Source of the DNA: Camelus ferus
Taxonomy: Eukaryota
Assembly: GCF_009834535.1 (NCBI RefSeq)
Contig: NC_045697.1
Location: forward strand, 69,814,001 to 69,878,000
Reading direction: 5' to 3'
DNA length: 64,000 bases
The position numbers and the translations under genes are program-made. Positions 1 through 10,862 of this stretch are shown here, piece by piece; position 1 is the stretch's first letter; every line of letters starts with the position of its first letter. The notes under the pieces are model-generated. The model saw only the letters and a list, made by a program, of their open reading frames with translations. It was not told the origin of the DNA and did not search any database.

Positions 1-1189
1 GTCCAGATGGGAGGTGAGATGGACCTTCAGGTTAAATTAAGTCTTTGTTCACTCTACTTGAGAAACAAAATAATAATGTCTCTCTATTTCAAAAATTTTA
101 TTCCTTTCTATAGTCATCAAACTTTAAAAATTGTGTCTATTAATATATGCCATACCTTGGGATAGTCACTAGGGAATAAAAAGGTTAATAAGAGAATCAT
201 GGCAGCTGCTCATCACAGACCTCTTTCCAGTTTTTATTTGAATGTGAGCCAATGTATGTAAGACTTTCTACAAAATACCCAAGCTATGTGAATCCTATAA
301 ACCTGTGACTCAGGATCTGTCTGTCTCAGAGTTTCCTCATCTGTGTAAGTAGTAGGTTGCACTAGATGATCTATGAGGAGTCATATCTTAATTTTACTAT
401 GTATATTAATGAATCTAGGGCAAATGTAGGCACTCAATGATTAAATCACCCAATACGTTTTGTTTGTTTGTTTGTTTCTTATTAAACAGAACTATAGCTG
501 TGGAATATTTTTATCCAATTCATTATCCCTTTCCTTGTAACTTCAAGCACTGTCGTTCTCTGTATTAGTCTGTTTTAGCCTTTTGATAATTCTGTTGGCA
601 GTTCCTTCCAACTCTTCCTTCCTTTTTTTTTTTTGACAAGTATTTATTGAACATCTACTATGTTTCCAGCCACACACAGAACTAAGGGAAATTTCAAACA
701 GAGGAAACCACTGCAAAAACTTCAGGTGTTAATGAGCTTGGCACATTTGAGGAATTGAAAGAATATCCTGGAGCTCTTGTAGAATGAGCAAGGAATGGTA
801 GGAAGTGAGATGGCCAAGAGAGGAACGTCTTCGGTTCAAGCACCAGCCTGACAATCTGTAAGCATCCCAAAGGAGCACTCCCCACACCATCCGACTTAGA
901 TTGCTTACTTCTAGAATCTTCACCTATGGACTTCTGTTTATAGACTCTTGTGTCTTCTCTTGCTAAAAAATACATTGCACCTTTCTTTCTTTGTTTCTTT
1001 CTTTGAATTGTTTTGAGGTTTTCAATGGAGAACTTGAGCAGGAGTAGGGTCTTGTCCTGGCCTTCCTCATTTACTTTAATCCCCTTTGTTGCAAGGGGAT
1101 AAAAAAAAATTACCCTAATATAACTACTGGATTTTGTTTTATCAGCTATTCATTTTGTTCCAATAGGTTATAAGTATAGTGATTTATAC

Positions 1190-1420
1190 TTATGTTTTCT
1201 GCAAAGAGTTTTTATAGTTGTAGCTCTTACATTTAGGTCCTTGATCCATTCTGAGCCAATTTTTTGTACATGGGGTGGAATAAGGATCTGACTTTATCCT
1301 TTTGCATGTGAATATCAAGTTGTCTCAGCATTATTAGTTGAAAACAACTTCTTTCCCCAGTGAATGGTCTTGACACCCTTGTGAAAAATCAATTAATCAT
1401 TAATGTCTGGGTTATAAACA
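1190..1420 (-). mobile_element. Old L1 ORF2 fragment
   Basis: ttttatagttgtagctcttacatttaggtcc...gcatgtgaatatcaagttgtctcagca, typical antisense L1 ORF2 sequence. Confidence 0.7.
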
Positions 1421-1758
1421 ATAAACTGGGGCAATTGTAGGGCTCAGTTCATTTGTTTCTCTGCACTTCAGAATACTGTCTTTCATTGCCTAATGTTTGC
1501 TGTCTTACAAACCATTGTCACATATGGATGTAAAAGATATACATATTATGTGTATGTATATATTACATGCGTATATATGTTTTATATACATATATTATGC
1601 ATGTATAATTTTTTCAATTTTTTTCAGATGAGAGGGTAAATCTAGTCTCTGTTATTTCATCTTAACCAAAAGTGGAAATCTGAGAATAGTTTAGTTTTTT
1701 TTTTCAAATGGTTATTTTTTAATGTGGGAGAAAAAAAGGACATGTGATCTGCTTTCTT

Positions 1759-3188
1759 TTTTTTGTTGTTGTTGTTTAAATGCAAAGATAAGAAACAAAT
1801 TATTATAGACAGGAAAAATTTCTCATCCAAAATATACAAATCCGTACAACTTTGCTACAATCAATATACATGAACTGTACAAATTTACATCAGTTCATGA
1901 TTTACCAATTAAAAGATGACTAACAACATCCACAAATTAGATGGTGGTTTGTGGAAAATGCTTTTACCCAATTAAGCACAAGGAAAGTTACAAACCAGAC
2001 CTCCACTTTCTAAAAATAATAAGTTTACTTGATCTTTGAAAACTGCAAGCTAGGAAATGTACAGAGAGCTGGCTGGTGCTAACACCATAGTTGAGACAGC
2101 GTCTTTTCAAGGGTCTTTTTAAAAGCCTGTTGCCATGGCGGGTTCTGGTCACTTGTTACTTTCAAGGCCCAAAACACAATACAAGTTCTGACCATTTCCT
2201 CAGGTTGTGCTTACTAATTTTTCTATTGTATATTTATACATATTAAAGTACCAGGTAAAAGTCTTGTCATAACATTTCCAGTATTATCATGTTTAAAATG
2301 TTGCGCTTCTCTATTGAGTTGCCAAAACAGGTAACAATTTAAGTGTAATAGTGCAGATTTCCTCTGCAAGTTCTACTGCAGAGAAAGGTTCTTTGAAATA
2401 CAGATTTGAGTTAAAGGGACTGATGTAAAAATTTAGGTATAATGTGTGGGAGAAACTCAAACTATCCTAGGACTTCACTCCCTAGCAAGTAAAGTGATCA
2501 TTTACTCGGACTAACAGACTATTACATCATTGAAAGGTACTGTCCAAACTATGACACTGCCACTTAAAACATTTTTTTACCACTCTATCTTGTGCCAGAT
2601 CTTCACAGCTGTGACATGGTTTAAATTCCATAATCCATCCCCAAGAGGAGCCCACCAAAAGCAAAAGTCAAATTTATCCATCCATTATGAGACGATCCGT
2701 CCATAGACTGTATCTTAACCTGATACAGTCATTATATTGTAGTTTTTGGACTTGTTCTGCCCAGGAGAAGTTCCTCTTTACAGCTGATTCTGCTGTCTAC
2801 CATTTGCATGTCGGTGCTGTTTTGGGTGCTAGCTCCTGCTGGTGAGGCCTCGTACAGCACACAGTTGGAGCCATCCTCTACAGTTCTGTAGGACACTTTG
2901 TCGGGGTCAACCCAGAGTGTGAGTTCACTTGGGAGAAGCCTGAACAGCTCCTGACTGCTCAGTCCAATGTGCTGTGCTGCCTGTCCAAACAGACGATCCA
3001 TTTTATGGTTGATGTGAATACAATGGTAACCTGATTCCTTGCACGGCTTTTCTGGGAACCAGCGATGTTTATAATGTTCTGCCAGCAGCTCCTGCAGGCT
3101 ATGGCTGAAGGTCTGCAGCTGTTGCTCACTCGTGAGCCCCTTGATGTGGAGGAACTTGGAGATGAAGGACATGGCGGCGGCGGTGGCA
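1759..3188 (-). pseudogene. BTG1: BTG1 processed pseudogene (5'-truncated CDS, long 3' UTR, poly(A) tail)
   Basis: ORF 2732-3172 matches BTG1 and is intronless across the exon junction. About 1 kb of 3' UTR ends in an A-rich tail near 1759-1775. TSD: atctgctttctt (1747-1758) / atctgctctctt (3189-3200). A 4-nt deletion frameshifts the C-terminus. Confidence 0.95.
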
Positions 3189-3200
3189 ATCTGCTCTCTT

Positions 3201-3548
3201 GACAGCTGTTAAAGTGCACAGCACATTATTGTTAAACTGTAAACACAAAGTTGTACAGCAGATCTCTAGAATGTTTGCATCTTTCATAACTGAAATTTTA
3301 TACACATTGAACAGCAACTCCCTATTTTCCCTTGCCCTAGCCCCTGGCAATCACCATTCCATTTTCTGCTGCTTATGTGTTTGACTACCTTAGATACATC
3401 ATATAAGGGGAATCATGCAGTCTTTCTGTGACTGACTTATTTCACTTAAAATGTCCTTCAATTTCATCCAAATTATCACATATGACAAGATTTCCTTCTT
3501 TTATAAGGCTGCTTAATATTCTGTTGTATGTATATACCAGATTTCTTT
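3201..3548 (-). mobile_element. L1MA-type 3' end fragment between the two retrocopies
   Basis: cagcagatctctagaa...cccctggcaatcaccatt...gacttatttcactt motifs. Confidence 0.75.
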
Positions 3549-4217
3549 ATTCAAACATTCTAGTGTAAATGGGAACTCCTGCAGCAAAAAGGAAGGGGCC
3601 CATATCAGCAGTCATCAGTCTTCTGAACCTTAAAGGAAAGCCAGCAAACCAGCTGCTTGCTCTCAGGACATTTTGCGATTGTTTTGTTGGCCAGGAACGA
3701 CAAAAGCTCATAATGTTCCATGCAGTAGAACGGAAATCAGGGAGCAATAAGAATATCCACGTCGCTCTGGTTACATTGATCCTGAAATATTCTGTTTGTT
3801 TTTGTAAAGATCATAACATTGAAAGGAAAGCTCAGTGCATTTCAGTAATTAGCTGACAGTCTTGGAAGTTGTACAAAACCTAGAAGCCACTTTTAGACTT
3901 CTCGTGGCTCTTGGGATACTTATCAGTCACAATGAGAACACTGAACAATTAGCCGAGTCTTTAGGTGTTGATTTTCAAATAAAAAATTATGCTCCAGTAT
4001 CAAAACCAGCTAAGATAAGTGAATACTGTAGACTTATCATAAATTTGCTGTAACAATGGGTAAGAGGGCTGAGATTTTAAACTGATTAATTTTTTCCCCT
4101 CACATTTTACATGACATATGATGAAAAAAAGAGAATACTATAGACTAAAATTTCATATCTCATATAGTAGGGGGGAAAGGGCAACAAAGGAGAAATAAAT
4201 TTTTTACATTGAAAAAA
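3549..4217 (+). pseudogene. PLAA: PLAA processed pseudogene fragment (C-terminal PUL domain and 3' UTR)
   Basis: [37 protein letters not shown] / [39 protein letters not shown] matches the PLAA C-terminus. Has frameshifts and an internal deletion; AATAAA at 4194-4199 is followed by an A-run. Confidence 0.9.
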
Positions 4218-4227
4218 CACCCATTGG

Positions 4228-4706
4228 GAATACTATTCAGCCATAAAGACCAACAACATAATGCCATTTGCAGCAACATGGGTGTTCCTGGAGTGAAGTA
4301 AGTGAAGTAAGCTAGAAAGCAAAAGAAAAATACCATATGAGATTGCTCATATGTGGAATCTAAAAAAAAAAAAAAAAAAAAAAGAACACAAATACAAAAC
4401 AGAAACAGACTCATAGAGATAGAATACAAACTTGTGGTTGCCAAGGGGATGGGGGGTAGGAAGGGACAGAATGGGATTTCAAAATTCATAGATACTGACA
4501 GGCATATGTAGAACAGATAAACAAGATTATACTGTATAGCACAAGGAAGTATATACAAGATCTTGTGGTAGCTCACAGTGAAAAAAAAAGTGGCAATGAA
4601 TATATGTATGTTCATGTATAACTGAAAAATTGTGCTCTACACTGGAATTTGATGCAACAATGTAAAATAACTATAACTCAATAAAAAAAAGTTTAAAAAA
4701 CAAAAC
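4228..4706 (+). mobile_element. Lineage-specific L1 3' end insertion with TSD
   Basis: gaatactattcagccataaa...ctgtatagcaca...aataaaaaaaa; TSD aaaacacc(c/t)attgg at 4214-4227 and 4707-4720. Confidence 0.85.
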
Positions 4707-4720
4707 AAAACACCTATTGG

Positions 4721-6170
4721 TCGTTCAGGAGTATGTTGTGATTTTTTCAGCTTTCCTTCATTACTGATGTCTAGTTTCATTCTTTTGTGTTTGGAAAAGA
4801 TACTTAATATAATTTCATTCTTAAATTTATTAATACTTGTTTTGTGACCTAAAATATGTATATCCTAGAGAATGTTTCATGTGCACTTGAAAGAAATGCT
4901 GATTTTGATGGAGTGTTCTGTATATGTCTATTTGGTCTAAGTTGTTGTGCAAGCCCATTACTTCCTTATTCATTTTCTGTCTGGATGGTTCAGAACCTCA
5001 TATTTTGCTTGATGGTGTCCCATAATTTATGTAAACTTCCTTCACTAATTTGAATTGAATTGATTGTCTCTATCTGGATTCCCTTGTAGCTTGCTAAGCT
5101 TCCTTCAAACAATTATTTTAAGTTCTTTGTCAGGCAGTTTGTACATCTCCTTTTCCTTGAGGCTTGTTACAGGAAAATTATTATGTTTCTTTGGTAGTGT
5201 CATGTTTCCTTGATTTTTCATGTTCCTTCAAGTCTTGTGTTGCTGTCTTCACATTTGGAGAAGCAGTTACCTTCACCAGTCTTTATCAGCTGGTTTTACT
5301 CCGCCTGTTAGTCCAGTTTGGGATTTGGGGGTTTTCTCAGACCTTTCTGTTGATGTACCTGTACAATACTTCTTTTTGCTTCCTGAAAGAGGGGAATTCT
5401 TAAACTTTTTATTTGCCTTCTCTCAACCCTGCAAAGCCAGTCCAAGTGTTGAGAGCCCCCAGTTTGTTTCTCTAGAATGGTGCCTGAACTGCTCATGCCT
5501 GTGAGCCTTCTCTTCTTCCTGCAGAGTTGGGCCAGTTTTCTGCACTTGCAAACTAGCTATCTGCCAAGGCTTGCTCTTGCTGGCCATGGATGGGGGAAGG
5601 GACTGGAGTATTTAGATGAGGCACTTAGAGGGTTAGGGGTGATTGTGGGTCAGCAGCTGGGGGTCCATAGATGAGGCACCCCAGTGACTCATGGGCACAG
5701 TTAGTAGAAAGAACCATAAAGCAGTTGGTAGAGTCTTTTTGATGAATTCGGAGCCCTGGCTGCTGTGCTTCCAGCCTCTGTCCCCACTGCCCTCCCACCC
5801 CCTCCCAATTCTGCAGACTACCTCAGTAATTTGAGTTAAGTGAGAAAGAAGTGGGCCTCTTAGGAAGTGTCTCTCATGGTTGGGGAAGCTGGATGCTCAT
5901 TCCTGTGCTCTCACTTTCTCCCTTGGGAGAAATTGCCTGTCACAGGGATCTCTCTTGGCACCAAGCTGTGCTGCCTTGGGATGAGCAATGCAGACAGTGA
6001 AATGTTCCTTTTACCCTCTTCAGTGTGTCTGCTCTTGGATTCTTTTGCTCCAACAATGAGCTAGAATTCACTGTTGAACCTTCAGACTCCTACAAAGGTA
6101 CTCTCATCTCTGAGTGGCTGCCATGTCAGTGTTCTGTGGGAGGGTGAAGGTTAAGAACTTCTATTCATTT
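4721..6170 (-). mobile_element. Old L1M fragments (ORF2 5' part, ORF1 and 5' region)
   Basis: tcgttcaggagtatgttg, tatcctagagaatgtttcatgtgcacttga and ttccttcaaacaattattttaagttctttgtcagg motifs. Confidence 0.65.
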
Positions 6171-6848
6171 CACTTATTTATAAGCATATAATGTATATAC
6201 ACAAGCATACATAATTAAATACATTTTTGCTATTATTACTTTGAACAAACTTTTTTTGTTATTTCATTTTAGAAAAAGTAAAAGTTTTTACTTTTCATTC
6301 ACTTACTCTTTCTCTGATGCTCTTCTTTCTTTATGCAGATCTGAGTCTGACCTATATAATTCTCCTTTTTCCAAAAGATATATTTGGGCTTGTATATCCT
6401 TATTAAATTGGTGTTTCTGTGGAGAAAGGAGGACTAAGATTTCCTATTCTGCCATTTTGCTGGCCTCACTCTCTGGGATTAGTTTTTTATTTGTAATCCC
6501 AGGACTTATTTTCAGTTTTATGTTGCAGGTAATGCATAATTAGTTTGAATGGGGTTCAAATTTTGTCTTAGTATCTAATAAAATAATATTACTCAGGTAA
6601 TAACCTGAATTATTATGGAAACTGTGGTAACTGCTTAAAGTATCAGTTTTTAATCTATAAAACTTGATTTTTGTTGTTCAGACAGTTACATAGGAGAGTT
6701 TATAGGAAGCACTTCATAAAATTCTTGTAAGTAGTGCTCAAAAAGACCACTTGTTATAATTTAAAAATTAATGTCTACATGAGATTAATTCAATTTGTAG
6801 TCACAATTGATATTTGATACCCTTTCTCTGTGCCCAAAACTGATATTC

Positions 6849-7611
6849 CACAATATTGATGAATTTGGTTGTCTCAAGTATAAAATCAGTGCCCAAACCA
6901 GTCATTTCTACCACCACCTGATGGTCGAGCATTTTGAAGTTCTGAGAGTTAAGGCAGTCCCTCAAAGCTTCCATGGGACTTTTCTCCTCATTGATGTTAG
7001 TGCTGATCAGCCCAGTGGAAGCACCAGGTGCTCTGCACTTCAAGATGATGGCTGAACACATGCCCCCATGTTCATTGGTCATATGAGTGGGACATGTGAC
7101 CTGAGCACTCAGGACATGTGTTCAACTTCTATTGCTGGGTGGACCTGTGTCATCAGCAAAACCACCACCACTTTGATTGATTTGGCGTTGTTAGTTCATT
7201 ATATAGACCATGTCTCTGAAACACTCAGGCATGCCTAACAATAGCTCTGTAGAGTGTGGACAATTCCTCATTTTTATACCTGTACTCTCCTATCGGATAA
7301 TACATACTGTGAACATTCTTGTACCATAAAAGTGGTAAAAATCTTCCTCTGAAAATAAATCTACTACTTCCATCCAATCCATCCAGCAAGAGGGAGTTTA
7401 TTTTTCTGCAATGACAGAGAAGAATACAGTAACAAGAGTTAAATAAAACAGCTTAGCTCTGTCTATATACTTGTGACAAAGTAGACAATTTTGATGAGAA
7501 GTTGTCAAAGAAAGAAACCAACTCTTCATTTTTAGGAAAAGATACTTATGGGGCCTGTAAGGGGATCATACTCTCTGCACCACCAAAGAGGAAACATGAG
7601 AATATTATCAG
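6849..7611 (-). pseudogene. Decayed unprocessed ADH pseudogene (class VI-like): exon 4 at 7611-7523, exon 5 at 7405-7181, exon 6 at 7100-6849
   Basis: Three colinear remnants, each after a CAG acceptor: DNILMFPLWWCREYDPLTGPISIFS*K* (vs [28 protein letters not shown]); LDGSSRFIFRG/YHFYGTRMFT...NNAK; VT...GGMCSAIILKCRAPGAS...NINEEKSP..AL.DCLNSQNFK...QVVVEMTGLGTDFILE. Contains stops, frameshifts and lost donors. Confidence 0.85.
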
Positions 7612-9710
7612 CTGAGCAAGAAAAGGAAAATAAAAGGTGATTATCAGTTTGAATTGATTCATGAGATTAATAAAATTATTTAAATACTATAAATTCTGTA
7701 TAGTGGATCCATCTATTAGCTTTTAAGATTATAGTGATGTATGATCACATAGTCATCTCTGCAATTTTAAAGCTAACCTGGGCAAATAGATTTCAATAGA
7801 AATAAATTTTCTAATTATTAAAAAAAGTTGATATTTATGTAAGTGATCTTCCTGAAGTTCATGGAAAATTATACCCAAGAGTGACACCAATATCCATGGC
7901 ATGTTGGCATGAACCACTTATATTTTGTTTGTTGCTGCATCTTTTATATGTATGTAACACATAAAAGGTGCTAAATGCATTTTCTGAATAAATGAATGTA
8001 TACTGTAGTGATGCTTTCTCTTGGTAATCTAGTTTAGTGCTAGAAACACAGACATGGGAATCAGAAAGTCCTGCTTTTGAAACACATTTCTGCTGCTAAT
8101 TGCTGATCTTGAAATGTATATTTAATTTTCCAGAGCTTCTGTTTGTTCATATGTAGAATGAAGAAAACTTACATCATAAGGCTTTTGTCAGGTTAACCAG
8201 AGAGGTCTGTGAAGCACTTAGCAAAGTGTCTGACGCCTCAAAGCATTCAGTATGTGGAAGCTACTATAAATACTGAATGAAGCTCTTCTAGGTGGCACTT
8301 GCTCCTAGGGGCTCAGAAACTTATTTATTTGTAGAGAAAAGACCTCTTAATCATGTAGATTAGAGATGGAGAAGCAGGATAACTGGAGTTACTAAGTTCT
8401 CTATATTATTCAGAGAATGGTAAAGACAGTTTATAGGTGTGCATATTAAAGTGTTTAGTGTAACTTCTAAACTAGTAGATGAAAGGAAATGGTGTGAGGT
8501 TTTAATAAAAAATGCAAAGAAGATAGAAAAACACAACATAGAAAGAAAGCACAAAAATGAAGAAGTAAAATGAAGTATCTCAGTTTATAATTATAGTAAG
8601 TGTAAATAAATAGACTTAATCATTAGTAATTAGACATTTCTTGAGTAACTTGATGTGGCAGGCACACACTAGGTCCAGTATGTAGAGTGGTGAGTAAAAG
8701 CAATGTGGTGACGATGCAACCTCTCTCCATCTCTTGCCTGTGTGTTGGTTTCACTCTTGGACCAGTTGTTTTTCCTGCTCAAAGATACACAGAAATGTTC
8801 TACCAACTTAGTAACCCTGGCAAAAATAGCTCCCCCTTCCTCAGAGGTCCAGCAGAACTCCTTGGATACATTGTCAGGAGCCTGGCTCAGGCCAGAAACC
8901 AGACCACCATGGGAAGGGGTGTGTTACTCTAAAGACAGATTGGTGCTTTTGCCAATTTGAATGGCAAAACTGCAAACATCTGCAACACTTGTATTCTGAT
9001 TAAAACCTGCAAGTATGACAAGTAGTGAAGTAAAATATGACTGATTATTACTAAATTCAAGCAAAAAAAAAAAAAGAGAAAGAAATTATATATTAGGTAG
9101 GTGCCATGGACATTTGTAGTGTCTGAACCCTCAGTAATAGGTTTTTTTGCACAGAGTCCACTGCCTGGATCTCTGGACCTCTCTCAGACCCCTATGCTCT
9201 TTCTCTCTGATTTGGATATTAGCTGGGTTTAGAAAATTGGTTCAGAATAGTTTCCATTATAATTTTGAAGCCATCTTTAATATTTTATATCAATAATGCA
9301 ATTGATAAAAGGTATGAGGTCAGTCTGATTTAAACATTTTATTTATTTACTTATTAGTTTGTTGTCATGATGTGCTTTTTTTCTGGAAGATTTTAAAAAA
9401 ATCTTCTTTCTACTTTGGTATTCTGAAGTGTCATAATGATAACTCACTTGTGGGTATTTTTTCATGAATTGCTTTTGGTACTTGATGAGGGAAGTATTCT
9501 ATACTTTCAGATCTGGGAAATTTTCTATTTATTTCTTTCATAATTTCCTGACTTTTTGCTTCTTCTCTCTTTGAAATTTCAATTAGTTACATGTTTAAGA
9601 TTGTGTTGCTCCCCTTAATTTTTTCCTGCTATAATATCTGTTTTTTTTTTTTTTTTTGGTCTTTTTCTCTCTTTTGAAAGGTTTTCTTGACTAGCTCTTT
9701 AAAGCCTTCC

Positions 9711-9752
9711 ATTATTGTTGTTGTTGTTGTTGTTATTATTATCATTATTATT
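9711..9752. repeat. Compound (GTT)n/(ATT)n microsatellite
   Basis: Visible in sequence. Confidence 0.85.
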
Positions 9753-10454
9753 TTCTTTTACAATTTTAGAAATCGTGTTTTAACATTTCAAGAACTGTTT
9801 TTTCTCTGCTCCCTTTTCATATCATTCTCTTCTTGCTTCATAGTACTAACTAATATTACCATTTGTGTTTTAACACTTAAATGAAGCAAGTCAAATTAAT
9901 TTCAAGATACATTTTTTTAATCCATGAGATAAACATAATGCAAAACATACAAGATTAGAATATGCAACCCTGATTACTCGTGTACTTAGGGACTCATCTA
10001 ATCCGCACAAATGTGTTGACTTTTAATAATACTGGATCTTTTTGTTTACTTTAAATTTACTTAAGTAAATTTAATATAAGTAAAAATACTTATAAGGAAA
10101 TGATTTTAAAAATACCCCACAAAATTAAGTTTCTAGACAGACACATAAAACACACAGAGTTTGTAAAATGTCTGCAACTTAAGAATGATTAGTTAGAATG
10201 GCTAATTTTCCAGTTTAAAATATCGTCAAGTTGTTCTGAGGGCTAACTACCTACATACCTAACTACTTACACACCATGTATCTTTGTAAAGAGAATCAGA
10301 CTGAATTTAGATCCCCTATCTGTGTAACCTTGGGCAAGTCACTTAATATCTCTGTGTCTCTTACTTTTCTCATTTGAATGGATGGGCTAATAACATCTTC
10401 TTCGTTATGTCCTTATTGTGGTTAAATATGAAAGATTATGTTGACGGCTGCATT

Positions 10455-10862
10455 ACTGTTTATTGCTGTGTAAGAAAACAAAGAGAGAACCTCATAAGCT
10501 CAGTGGCTTAAAACAACACTCATTTATTAGCTGATAGCTCTGAGATCAGAAGTCTAGGTGGGCACAACTTGGTCTCCCAAAAGCCAGTGTCAATGTGTTG
10601 GCTGGGCTGGGCTCTTATCTAGAGGCTCTGGGGAAGAATCCTCTTTCAAGCTTATTCCTTGATGGCTGTCACCCAGGGCTCGCTCTTGGCTCTTAGATAC
10701 CTCTCTGTAGTCCTTGCACATTGGTACCTGCATTTTCAAGCCAGCATCGTGCAGGGAATCCTTATATTTCAAATCTCTCTGATGTTCATCCAGTCCCAAG
10801 GAATAGAGTGGGAAATTTTGTTGGTGGGGTGTGGGATGCATTTTAGAATTCGGCCTGCCACA
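10455..10862 (-). mobile_element. MaLR (MLT1-type) LTR
   Basis: attgctgtgtaa...cagtggcttaaaacaacactcatttatt...ttttagaattcggcctgccaca. Confidence 0.75.

Noticed and set aside
9095..9180. Possible exon 2 remnant of the dead ADH paralogue (minus strand; AV.LCAKKPITE...MAP)
   Set aside because: The position is plausible, but the similarity needs several frameshifts and cannot be distinguished from chance by eye.
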